NCBI GenBank assembly: GCA_035553855.1
Contig: DATMJO010000163.1
Coordinates: 1,403-65,402, forward strand
Length of the DNA stretch: 64,000 nt
From: Thermoleophilaceae bacterium
Lineage (GTDB): Bacteria > Actinomycetota > Thermoleophilia > Solirubrobacterales > Thermoleophilaceae
Reading direction: 5' to 3'
The notes under the pieces were generated by a model. That model saw nothing but the letters and a program-made list of their open reading frames with translations. It was not told the DNA's origin and did not search any database. The number at the start of each line of letters is the position of its first letter. The first letter of the stretch is position 1. Of this stretch, positions 51,392 to 60,109 are shown in pieces. The position numbers and the translations under genes are program-made.

Positions 51392-52139
51392 ACTGGTCGC
51401 CCGCCAGCTCCTTCCGGCGCATCGACCACATCTGCGAGGCGCGCTCGAGCTCGAGGGCTGCCGCCCAGGGAAGTCCCGGCGGTCCGAGCTCGGTGCGCAG
51501 CGAGCGGGCGGTGCGGCGCGCGAGCTCCGGGTCCTTGGCCGGCCGGGATGCGAGCTCGAAGGCGGTGTCGTCCACGGCGCCGTCGTCCACCGCGGCCCAG
51601 GCGAGCCCCAGCTCCGCCGCGCGCGCGCCGTCGATCCGCTCGCCGAAGAGCGCGAGCGCCGCAGCGGCCTCGCGCTGGCCCGTCCTGCCGAGCAGGACGC
51701 CGTGGCCGCCGCCGGGGTGGAGCCCGATCGGCAGGAACCCCGAGATGAGCTTCGCCTCGCTCGCCACCACGCGCAGGTCGGTGGCGAACGCGAGGTTCAT
51801 GCCGGCGCCGACCGCGCCGCCACGGATCGCCGCCACGGTCGGCGGCTCCAGCTCGCCGACGCGCTGGAAGGAGCGGTAGACCGCCCCGAGGCCGGTGTAC
51901 TCGGCGGGAGCGGACGGATCGCGGCCGGCCGCGGCAAGCGTGGCGCGGTCGCCGCCCGCGCAGAAGTAGCCGCCCTCGCCGCGGACGACGACGGCGCCCA
52001 CGGCGGCGTCGGCGTCGACCTCGTCGCACGCGGCGACGAGCGCCTCTCCCATCTCGCGCGTCAGCGCGTTGCGCCGGTCGGGCGCGTTCAGGCTGATTAC
52101 CGCGACGCCATCGCGGCGCTCAACGAGGACCTCGCTCAC
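51390..52139 (-). CDS. enoyl-CoA hydratase/isomerase family protein
   Basis: ISLNAPDRRNAL, FCAGGD and AAIRGGAVGAGMNLAFATDLR are present. The start is GTG (VSEVLVERRDG). Confidence 0.88.
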   Translation of the reverse strand: MSEVLVERRDGVAVISLNAPDRRNALTREMGEALVAACDEVDADAAVGAVVVRGEGGYFCAGGDRATLAAAGRDPSAPAEYTGLGAVYRSFQRVGELEPPTVAAIRGGAVGAGMNLAFATDLRVVASEAKLISGFLPIGLHPGGGHGVLLGRTGQREAAAALALFGERIDGARAAELGLAWAAVDDGAVDDTAFELASRPAKDPELARRTARSLRTELGPPGLPWAAALELERASQMWSMRRKELAGDQ

Positions 52140-52149
52140 GGACCGAAGC

Positions 52150-52980
52150 CTATTCAGGCCCGGCATCCGCCATGCGGCACGCCTCGACGAGGTCGGGCCG
52201 GCGCGCGCCGCGGGCGTCGAGCCCCCAGGTGAGCCCGCGCAGGGCGAGGAGTGCGGGCAGCCAGCGCGGCGCGCACACCCGCCGCGAGCGCGCCTCGACG
52301 CCGCGCGCGACCGCCGCTCCCGCGACCCCGACCGGATAGCGCTTGGCCAGCGGGCCCGGAATGCCGCTCCGTGCCTTCTGCGCCAGCGGGTGCGACGAGG
52401 CCGTGTTGGAGAGGACCGTGTCGATGAAGCCGAAGTAGCCGATGCCGACCTCGGTGCCGGTGTAGGCGAGTTCCATCCGGAGGTTGCGCGCGAACGCCTC
52501 GACCCCGGCCTTGCTCGTCGCATAGGCGGTGGACAGGGGAAGCGGCGCGACGGCGGCGAGGGAGGCGATCGCCAGGACGTACCCCCGGCGCTCGACCACG
52601 TGCGGAAGGGCCGCGCGGACGCTCCGCCAGACCCCCATCAGGTTCACCTCGAGCACCTGCTCGAAGGCGGCGGGGTCGACCCTGCGCACCGAAGCGGCGG
52701 CGCCGTTCACGCCGGCGTTCGCGACGACCGCGTCGATCCCGCCGAGGCGCTCCGCGCACTCGGCGGCCGCAGCCTCCATCGCCCGGAGATCGGTGACGTC
52801 GGCGGCGATGCCGATGGCGCGCTCGCCGATCGCTTCGGCGCGCCGCTCCACCGCCTCGCGCTCGCGATCCACCAGCGCGACCCGCCAGCCGCGGCCCGCG
52901 AGGCGCTCGCCCGCGTCGGCGCCGATCCCGCGCGCACCGCCGGTGATCAGCGCGACCTTGCCCCCTGCGGCAGCGCTCAT
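52150..52980 (-). CDS. SDR-family oxidoreductase
   Basis: ALITGGARGIG, ANAG and YATSKAG are present. An ATGA overlap joins it to the upstream gene. Confidence 0.9.
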   Translation of the reverse strand: MSAAAGGKVALITGGARGIGADAGERLAGRGWRVALVDREREAVERRAEAIGERAIGIAADVTDLRAMEAAAAECAERLGGIDAVVANAGVNGAAASVRRVDPAAFEQVLEVNLMGVWRSVRAALPHVVERRGYVLAIASLAAVAPLPLSTAYATSKAGVEAFARNLRMELAYTGTEVGIGYFGFIDTVLSNTASSHPLAQKARSGIPGPLAKRYPVGVAGAAVARGVEARSRRVCAPRWLPALLALRGLTWGLDARGARRPDLVEACRMADAGPE

Positions 52981-53417
52981 GCCGGCATCTTCGCGTCCCG
53001 GGCCAGGCGCATGCCTGCACGTGCCACGGCCGGCCAGGCGCGAGGGCGCCCTATGACCGCCGCGAGCAGCGGGAGGGGATCGAAGTAGGAGACGCGCAGC
53101 AGCGCCTTGCCGTCGTCGCCGAGCTCGAACCGGTCGACGGCGCGCCAGGCCAGCGCCCGCCCTCCGAGAGTGCAGCGCAGGGTGAACTCGATCAGCACCC
53201 CGTCGCCCGCCGCGGCGCTCCGGTCGACCGTCGCGGCCAGGTCCGGCAGGAACGCGAGGAGCGCGCGGAACGATCGCCGGCCGGCGTCCAGGCCGCGGGT
53301 GTCCGGGGTGAGCGGCTGCCGCAGCACGACGTCGGCGGCGAGCAGATCGCCGAGCGTGTCGGGGTCCGGCCTCAGCCACCACGCGGCGAACCGGTCGGCG
53401 AAGTCCTCGCCGCTCAT
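52977..53417 (-). CDS. SnoaL/NTF2-like fold protein
   Basis: Its size and pattern fit this fold (FAAWWLRPDPDTLGDLLAADVVLRQP...). It is coupled to its neighbours on both sides. Confidence 0.65.
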   Translation of the reverse strand: MSGEDFADRFAAWWLRPDPDTLGDLLAADVVLRQPLTPDTRGLDAGRRSFRALLAFLPDLAATVDRSAAAGDGVLIEFTLRCTLGGRALAWRAVDRFELGDDGKALLRVSYFDPLPLLAAVIGRPRAWPAVARAGMRLARDAKMPA

Positions 53418-54067
53418 CGCGGGGCCATCCCGCCGGCGGCCGGCGCGAAGACCCGGCGCATGCGGGCGATGTCGCCCGCGCTGCCCGAGACCCGCAGGCG
53501 GTCCCCCGCCGAGCCCCCCACAGCGGCGAGGAAGGCCGCCGCGTCCCCCTCGATCACGACGTGGGGCTCCTCGGCGGGCCCGTCGGCCACCTGAACGGCG
53601 CCGCCGCCCGTCACCGCGTGGAAGACCTCGCCGTCGAGCCGGAACTCGTACGCGCGGCGCGGCCCGCTCGCCGCGTCCGCGTCGTGAAGGGTCCTCATCG
53701 CCATCGCGATCCAGCGCGCCCTGACGGCCCGTCCCGGAGCCGGTGCGCCGAGCCGCCGGATCCCGAACCGCGCGAGGCCCTCGAGCACGGGCTCGAGCAG
53801 GCGGCCCTCGCCGGTCAGCTCGTAGACGACCGAAGCGGCGGGCGGCGGGAGCGTCCGTCGCATGACGAGCCCCTCCGACTCGAGCTCACGCAGGCGGGAG
53901 GCGAGCAGGCCCGTGCCGATCCCCGGCAGCCCTTCGAGCAGGTCGGTCCAGCGGCGCGGGCCGGGCACCAGCTCTCGCACGAGGAGGAGGGTCCAGCGCT
54001 CGCCGACCAGATCGAGCGCGACCGCGATCCCGCAGTGCTGGGTGTAGGAGCGCGGCATGGTTCCCAA
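53414..54067 (-). CDS. HxlR-type winged-helix regulator with an SCP2-like C-terminal domain
   Basis: CGIAVALDLVGERWTLLLVREL is the HxlR signature. It is divergent from the hydrolase gene. Confidence 0.8.
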   Translation of the reverse strand: MGTMPRSYTQHCGIAVALDLVGERWTLLLVRELVPGPRRWTDLLEGLPGIGTGLLASRLRELESEGLVMRRTLPPPAASVVYELTGEGRLLEPVLEGLARFGIRRLGAPAPGRAVRARWIAMAMRTLHDADAASGPRRAYEFRLDGEVFHAVTGGGAVQVADGPAEEPHVVIEGDAAAFLAAVGGSAGDRLRVSGSAGDIARMRRVFAPAAGGMAPR

Positions 54068-54124
54068 GAGTACACTCCATGCTTCATGTTCTTGAAGCTC
54101 GATGGTGGCGCGTCAGGGCAGGCG

Positions 54125-55006
54125 ATGCCCGAGGTCCCCGGCGTCCGCCATTCGCGGGTGCGGGCGGGCGAGGTCACGCTCCACGTGGCCGAGGCGGGCG
54201 AGGGCCCGCCGCTCGTGCTCCTCCACGGCTGGCCTCAGCACTGGTACCTCTGGCGCGACGTCATTCCGGTGCTCGCCGCCGACAACCGGGTGATCTGCCC
54301 CGACCTGCGCGGGTTCGGCTGGTCGGACGCCCCCCGGGCCTCCTACGACAAGGAGACCCTCGCCCGCGACGTCATCGCCCTGCTCGACGCCCTCGGGCTC
54401 GACCGGGTGCGGCTCGCGGGGCACGACTGGGGTGGGTGGACCGGCTTCCTCGTCTGCCTGCTCGCCCCCGAGCGGGTGGAGCGCTTCGTCGCGCTCAACA
54501 TCCCCCACCCCTTCACCGGCCACGGGCCCCGCGGCCTGCTCACGCTGTGGCGGTTCGCCTACCAGGTGCCGCTTGCCCTTCCGGGGCTCGGGAGCCGGAC
54601 CAGCCGCTGGCTCGCATCCTGGGACTCGGCTCGCGCGCAGCGCGCTGGCATGCCGTGGGACCCCGCGGAGACCGACACCTTCCTCGGCCAGTTCGCCGAG
54701 CCCGCCCGCGCTGAGGCGGCATCGCGGGTCTACCGCTCCTTCATCACGACCGACATGCCGCGCTCGCTGTCGAGCCGCTACCGGGCGATGCGGCTGCGCA
54801 CCCCCACCCTGATCCTGCACGGGACCGGCGACCCCGCGGTCCGGCCGGTCCACCTGGAGGGGTACGAGCCCTACGCCGACGACCTCCGGGTAGAGCTCGT
54901 CCCGAGTGCCGGCCACTTCATCGTGGACGAGCAGCCCGACCTCGTCGCCACCCGCCTGCGCTCGTTCCTCGGTGGGAGCTCTCAGGCCGGCGCCGAGACC
55001 GGGTAG
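54125..55006 (+). CDS. alpha/beta hydrolase (epoxide hydrolase/haloalkane dehalogenase-like)
   Basis: LLHGWPQHWYLW and GHDWGG (nucleophile elbow) are present. An alternative ATG lies at 54086. Confidence 0.88.
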   Translation: MPEVPGVRHSRVRAGEVTLHVAEAGEGPPLVLLHGWPQHWYLWRDVIPVLAADNRVICPDLRGFGWSDAPRASYDKETLARDVIALLDALGLDRVRLAGHDWGGWTGFLVCLLAPERVERFVALNIPHPFTGHGPRGLLTLWRFAYQVPLALPGLGSRTSRWLASWDSARAQRAGMPWDPAETDTFLGQFAEPARAEAASRVYRSFITTDMPRSLSSRYRAMRLRTPTLILHGTGDPAVRPVHLEGYEPYADDLRVELVPSAGHFIVDEQPDLVATRLRSFLGGSSQAGAETG

Positions 55007-55104
55007 CGCTCCCGCCACGCGTCGAGTCCGCCCTCGAGCGCCGCGGCCCGGAACCCCATGACGATGAGCTTCGACGCCGCACGGGCGCTCGTCTCCTCGC
55101 TCAG
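54982..55104 (-). other. in-frame continuation encoding the second half of the rhodanese domain after the TGA at 55107..55105
   Basis: LSEETSARAASKLIVMGFRAAALEGGLDAWRERYPVSAPA* matches the rhodanese C-terminal helix-strand-GGxxAW pattern. It overlaps the 3' end of the convergent hydrolase gene. Confidence 0.55.
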
Positions 55105-56562
55105 TCAGGTGCAGTAGAGCACGATGAGGCGGTCGCGCTCCTGGTCGCGCGCCCAGTCCGAGATCCGGTCGGCGGGCACGCGAACGGCGCCCGCTATTCC
55201 GTCCGGGTCGCGGCGCACGGCGGAGCGCGAGCGGACATCGACCACGACCGGCGGCTCCGGGCCCTCGAGGAGCTCCGCCAGCTCGGCGACCCCGACCCGC
55301 GGGGCGCGGTCCGGATCCGGGCGGAGCAGGCCGCCGACCGTGCTCTCGCGCTCCTCGGGGTGCACGGTCTCCTCGATCCGGCGCCCGTACCAGGCGCTGA
55401 AGGGCGTAGCCGTCGTGCCGTGCAGGAAGACCGATACGAGCACCACGAACCCGGCGAGGCCGAAAAGCTCGGACCCGTTCGGGACGCCCGCCTCCACCGC
55501 GATCAGGATCAGGAGCAGCGAGTTGAGGCCGCGCGGGCCGAACCAGGCGATGAAGGCCCGGCCGTCGCGGCTCATGTCTACGTGGCGAACCGAGAGCATC
55601 CACCCGAGGGCGAGCGGGCGGGCGATGAGCAGGGCGACCGCCGCGAGCAGCAGCCCCTCTCCCGCCGGCACGGCGCCAAGCTCGGACGACAGCACGATGC
55701 CGAACAGGACGAAGGAGACGAGCATGAGCAGCTCGGCGATCACCTCACCGAAGTCGAGGAAGCAGTCGCAGAGCGTCTTGTTGGACAGCGAGACCGCCGC
55801 CCCGGCGGCGAACGAGGCGAGAAAGCCATCGGCGCCGAAGGTCTCACCCGCGCTGAAGGCCCCCAGGACCAGCGCGATGCCGTAGAGGGCCTGCCACTCG
55901 CGGCGGACGGGCCTGCGCGCGTCCACCTCGTGCATCAGCGCCGCCCCGGCGAGGCCCACGGCGGCCCCGAGCAGCGGTCCCACGAGAACGAGCTGGATTC
56001 CGAACCAGGCCCAGTCCGCCGCGCCCCCCACGTTGCCGGCGGCGACGGCGGCCAGTACCAGGACCGGGGGGAGCACGAAGACGTCGTTCGTGCCGGCCTC
56101 GACCGTGAGGGCGCGGCGGACCGAGTTCGGGATCCGCTCGTCCCCGACGACGTCGCGCAGCACGACCGGGTCCGTGGACGCGAGCGCGGCGCCGAGCAGG
56201 AACGCCGGCACGGGGTCGAGGCCCGCCACGAGCATTGCCGTGACGGCCACGATCGCGACCACGATCGCCGCGCCCGGCCCGAGGGTGAGGGCCGGAACGA
56301 GCCACTCGCGCCGGACGTGGCGCAGGTCGAGGCTGACCGCGTCGAGGAACAGGACGAGCGCGAGCGTGGCGAACGCGACCGTGCGGAGCGCGTCGTCCTC
56401 CAGGTGGATCTCGACCGCGCCGGTCGCGCCCTCGCCCAGCACTAGCCCGAGCGTGAGGAAGATCATCGGGAACGACAGCGGGAGCCGGTCGATCACCCCG
56501 GCGAGCAGCGCGGAGACGGCGAGGACCGCGGCCCCGACCGCGAACAGCCCTACCGGGTCCAT
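55105..56562 (-). CDS. CPA1-type cation/proton (Na+/H+) antiporter fused to a rhodanese domain that is cut by a TGA
   Basis: The core is multi-TM (ATDPV, GPRG). The C-terminal VVVDVRS...DRLIVLYCT is the first half of a rhodanese fold. Confidence 0.88.
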   Translation of the reverse strand: MDPVGLFAVGAAVLAVSALLAGVIDRLPLSFPMIFLTLGLVLGEGATGAVEIHLEDDALRTVAFATLALVLFLDAVSLDLRHVRREWLVPALTLGPGAAIVVAIVAVTAMLVAGLDPVPAFLLGAALASTDPVVLRDVVGDERIPNSVRRALTVEAGTNDVFVLPPVLVLAAVAAGNVGGAADWAWFGIQLVLVGPLLGAAVGLAGAALMHEVDARRPVRREWQALYGIALVLGAFSAGETFGADGFLASFAAGAAVSLSNKTLCDCFLDFGEVIAELLMLVSFVLFGIVLSSELGAVPAGEGLLLAAVALLIARPLALGWMLSVRHVDMSRDGRAFIAWFGPRGLNSLLLILIAVEAGVPNGSELFGLAGFVVLVSVFLHGTTATPFSAWYGRRIEETVHPEERESTVGGLLRPDPDRAPRVGVAELAELLEGPEPPVVVDVRSRSAVRRDPDGIAGAVRVPADRISDWARDQERDRLIVLYCT

Positions 56563-56692
56563 CTACGGGTCGAGGTCGCGAGGTCGGTCCAGCTGAAGGT
56601 CCCGGCCTCGTGGCTCGCGCGCTCGCCCACGGCCGCCAGCCTAGCTTGCGGCGAGCGCCGGCCCGGCGTGAAAACGGGACGACGGCCGAGAC

Positions 56693-57655
56693 TCAGCCGA
56701 GGCGCACGTGCAGCCGCACGACGCTGCCCGACTCGAAGCTGCGCAGCTGGACGAGGTCGCAGACCTGGTTGACGAGCCAGAGACCGTGGCCTCCGATCTG
56801 CCCGCCGGTGGGGCACACCCGGCCGGCGAGCGGCTCGTCGATCCGGCCGGAGTCCGCGATCTCCAGCACGAGACGTCCGTCCTCGCGCCACATCCGGAGC
56901 TCACCCCCGCCGCCGCCGTAGCGCACGCTGTTGGTCGCGACCTCGTTCGCGGCCAGCACGACGTCTTCACCGCGCTGGGAATCGATGCCGGCGTTCGCGG
57001 CGTGCACGGCGACGGCGCGCCGGACGAGGTCGAGCCCGTCGATGTCGAACGCCAGCGAGAAGGGCCGGACCGCGGGCTCCGGGAGAGGCGCGGCGAAGGG
57101 CGCGGCGATCGCGCTGAGACCGGCGAAGCGGTCGCTCTCGCACGCGCCACCCTCGTCCACGACGACCGGGTGGGTCGCGCGGGCCGTCTCGACCACTTCA
57201 GGGTCGAGCGCCGCGACGTCGTATGGGCAGAGGAGGTTGAAGGCCGCGGTGTCCGCGAACGCCACGTTGAGGAGCGACTCGTGCCGGTGGCACTCGACCA
57301 TCTCCGCGTGGTCGCGGCCGGGATGGATCGGCTCGCCGATTCCCCTGATCCCGCCGTTGTGCGAATGCTCGTCCGCGAAGTCGCGCCAGGCCGGGATGAT
57401 GCGGGCGGGATTCGCGCCGACCTCGGCCATGTCGGCGAACGAGACGGCGTCCGCGTCGGAGCCCAGTTCCCCGCGGAGCATGCGGATCTTGCGCGCGGAG
57501 ACCACGACGAGCGTGGCCTCGTCGCGCTCGAGCCCGTCGCGGATGTACGGCACGGTGCCGGCGAGGAAGCCCTCGTCGCCCTCGTACATCAGGGCTCCGT
57601 GGACGAACGAGCCGGGCTCGTGGTCGTGGTCGTGAGCGCTCGCGATGGCCGTCAT
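56693..57655 (-). CDS. MEDS-domain plus HATPase (RsbW-like) anti-sigma-factor kinase
   Basis: The N-terminus HGALMYEGDEGFL...VVVS is MEDS-like. The C-terminus is ANEVATNSVRYG..GHGLWLV. An ATGA overlap joins it to the upstream gene. Confidence 0.8.
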   Translation of the reverse strand: MTAIASAHDHDHEPGSFVHGALMYEGDEGFLAGTVPYIRDGLERDEATLVVVSARKIRMLRGELGSDADAVSFADMAEVGANPARIIPAWRDFADEHSHNGGIRGIGEPIHPGRDHAEMVECHRHESLLNVAFADTAAFNLLCPYDVAALDPEVVETARATHPVVVDEGGACESDRFAGLSAIAAPFAAPLPEPAVRPFSLAFDIDGLDLVRRAVAVHAANAGIDSQRGEDVVLAANEVATNSVRYGGGGGELRMWREDGRLVLEIADSGRIDEPLAGRVCPTGGQIGGHGLWLVNQVCDLVQLRSFESGSVVRLHVRLG

Positions 57656-58569
57656 CCGTCCGCCCTCCCGTGCCCGTTCGCGCCCGAGACCACCGCGAGC
57701 TGCGGACAGTCGAGCCAGCCGCAAATGGAGAGGAGGCGACGCACGTAGTCGGGAGGGTCGAGCAGCACGAGGAACCGGCCCTGTTCGAGCTTCATCGACG
57801 CCTGGACGAGAATCCTGCAGCCCGTGAGGTCGATGAATGAAAGGCGTCGCGCATCGATCACTATGTCCTCATCGCCCGGAAGGTGCTCGGCGATGCGGGC
57901 CGCGACGTATGGCGCCGTGTCGAAGTCGATCTCGCCCGACAGCTCGACCCCGGGCACGCCATGGCGCTCGGTGACCGTCACGGGACCCCGGCTCGCCGCC
58001 GTCGCGGCGCCGTCTGCCCAGATCCGGTGGGCGTGCGCGCCGACGAGGTCGTCGAGCACGTCGTCCGGGAACACGTCGCGGTCGAACTGACACGCGCCGA
58101 CGAGGTCGGCGCCGGCGAAGATCCGCCCCAGCCCGCGCTCGTACTCCAGGACGCGGCCGAAGTCCTCGGGTGCGTCGAGCATCCAGCTCATCTCGCCCAT
58201 GACGGCCAGGGCCGAGTAGCCGTCCTGACGCGCGCGGCGGCGCTCGGCGTCGAAGGCGTCGATCTGGCGCTCGGGGTCGAAGCCACCGTCGCCGTAGGCC
58301 CCGGCGGCCGCGCCGAGCTCGAGCGCCCCGCCGTCGAGCCGTGAGGCGCTGTCGAGGCCGGCATCGTCGAGCCAGGAGCGGACCGTGCCCTCGTCCGTCG
58401 TGTGCGCGAGGTAGAGCAAGCGCGCGTCGCGCGCCCACGCGTCACGGGCGAAGCGAATCAGCGCCTCCCGATGATCGTCCTCGGACGCGGTGGTCACGCA
58501 GAAATGGTCGCCGGGAGCGACCCCTGCAAGCGCCCTGCCAGCCAGAGCCCCACCAGGCTCTCCGCACAT
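57652..58569 (-). CDS. MEDS-domain plus STAS (anti-anti-sigma) fusion protein
   Basis: The N-terminus DHFCVTTASEDDHREAL...LLYLA is MEDS-like. The C-terminal IDARRLSFIDLTGCRILV is STAS-like with Thr at the phospho-site position. Confidence 0.72.
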   Translation of the reverse strand: MCGEPGGALAGRALAGVAPGDHFCVTTASEDDHREALIRFARDAWARDARLLYLAHTTDEGTVRSWLDDAGLDSASRLDGGALELGAAAGAYGDGGFDPERQIDAFDAERRRARQDGYSALAVMGEMSWMLDAPEDFGRVLEYERGLGRIFAGADLVGACQFDRDVFPDDVLDDLVGAHAHRIWADGAATAASRGPVTVTERHGVPGVELSGEIDFDTAPYVAARIAEHLPGDEDIVIDARRLSFIDLTGCRILVQASMKLEQGRFLVLLDPPDYVRRLLSICGWLDCPQLAVVSGANGHGRADG

Positions 58570-58638
58570 CCGCAGTCTCCGATCGTCTGGACGAAGTCCC
58601 CGCAGGGAGTGTAGCCCTGCATTGCCCGGGTTCACCGT

Positions 58639-60096
58639 GTGGCTATCGTGCCCTTTCGGGTGGCTCGTACCTGGGATCTCGTGGTGATCGGCGGCGGAAG
58701 CGCCGGCCTCGTGGCGTCGCTGACCGCCGCGGGCCTCGGCGCGCGGGTCGCACTGGTCGAGCGCGACCGCCCCGGCGGGGACTGCCTGTTCACCGGCTGC
58801 ATCCCCTCGAAGGCGCTGATCGCCTCGGCCCGCCTCGCGCACGACATGCGTCACGCCGGCCGGCTCGGCCTGACGCCCGCCGATCCGGAGGTCGACTTCG
58901 CGCGGGTCATGGAGCGCGTGGGAGGCGCGATCGAGGCCGCGGGCAGGGAGGACACGCCCGAGCACCTGCGCTCCGAGGGCGTCGAGCTCGTCGAGGGCGA
59001 AGCCGCCTTCGCCCGTCCCGGGGTCGTGATCGCGGCCGGGCGGGAGCTGCGCTTTCGCGCCGCGCTCATCGCGACCGGGTCGCGCCCCGCGCTCCCCCCC
59101 GTGCCGGGGCTCGCCGATGCCGCGCCCCTCACCAACGAGGACGTGTTCGGGCTGACGGAGCTGCCGCCGCGGCTGGCTGTGCTCGGCGGGGGCCCGATCG
59201 GTGTCGAGCTGGGCCAGGCCTTCGCCCGCCTCGGTAGCCGCGTGCAGATCGTCGAGATGGCCGACCGGCTGCTGCCCCGCGAGGAGCCGGAGGCGGGCCT
59301 CCTCATCGGCGAGCGCCTGGCCGGCGAGGGCGTGGGGGTCCACACGGGCACGCGGGCCGTGCGGGTCGAGTCCGGCGTGCTGCATGGGCGCGGGCCCGCG
59401 AGCGACGTCGAGGTCCCGTTCGACCGCCTGCTAGCGGCCACCGGCAGGCGTCCGGTGACCGACGGACTCGGGCTGGAGCGCGTAGGCGTCGAGACCGACG
59501 AGCACGGCTGGATCCGCGTCGACCGGCGCCTGCGGACGACCGGCGACCACATCTATGCGGCGGGCGACGCGGTCGGCGGCCTGTTCTTCACCCACGTCGC
59601 CGGCTACCACGGGCTGCTCGCGATGGCGAACGCGCTCTTCCGCGTGCGCCAGAAGACCGAGCACGAGGCGATCCCGTGGGTCACGTTCACCGATCCGGAG
59701 GTCGCCCGCGTAGGCATGTCCGAGGCGCAGGCGCGCGCCCGTCTCGGCCGGGACCCGCTCGTCTTCCGCCACGACTTCGAGCGCTCGGACCGAGCGATCA
59801 CCGCGTCGGCCACCACCGGCTTCGCGAAGCTCGTCGCCGACCGCAGGGGCAGGCTGCTGGGCGCCACGATCTGCGGCGAGGCCGCGGGCGAGAGCATCGC
59901 CGAGGCCGCGCGGCTCGTCCGCGACGGCGGCAAGGTCGCCGAGCTGTCGCAGATGGTCCACGCATACCCGACGTTCACCGAGGCGCCGGCGCGCGCCGCC
60001 GACGACTGGTGGCGGCGGAAGTACTTCACGACGGGGGCGCGCCGCTTCTACAGGCCGCTGTTCGCGCTGATGCGGGTGCTCGACCGCCCGCGCTGA
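58639..60096 (+). CDS. pyridine nucleotide-disulfide oxidoreductase (dihydrolipoyl dehydrogenase/mercuric reductase-like)
   Basis: DLVVIGGGSAGL and GGDCLFTGCIPSK (the CxxxxC redox disulfide) are present, with a second Rossmann motif LAVLGGGPIGVE. Confidence 0.9.
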   Translation: MAIVPFRVARTWDLVVIGGGSAGLVASLTAAGLGARVALVERDRPGGDCLFTGCIPSKALIASARLAHDMRHAGRLGLTPADPEVDFARVMERVGGAIEAAGREDTPEHLRSEGVELVEGEAAFARPGVVIAAGRELRFRAALIATGSRPALPPVPGLADAAPLTNEDVFGLTELPPRLAVLGGGPIGVELGQAFARLGSRVQIVEMADRLLPREEPEAGLLIGERLAGEGVGVHTGTRAVRVESGVLHGRGPASDVEVPFDRLLAATGRRPVTDGLGLERVGVETDEHGWIRVDRRLRTTGDHIYAAGDAVGGLFFTHVAGYHGLLAMANALFRVRQKTEHEAIPWVTFTDPEVARVGMSEAQARARLGRDPLVFRHDFERSDRAITASATTGFAKLVADRRGRLLGATICGEAAGESIAEAARLVRDGGKVAELSQMVHAYPTFTEAPARAADDWWRRKYFTTGARRFYRPLFALMRVLDRPR

Positions 60097-60109
60097 CGGG
60101 CCGGGCGCC

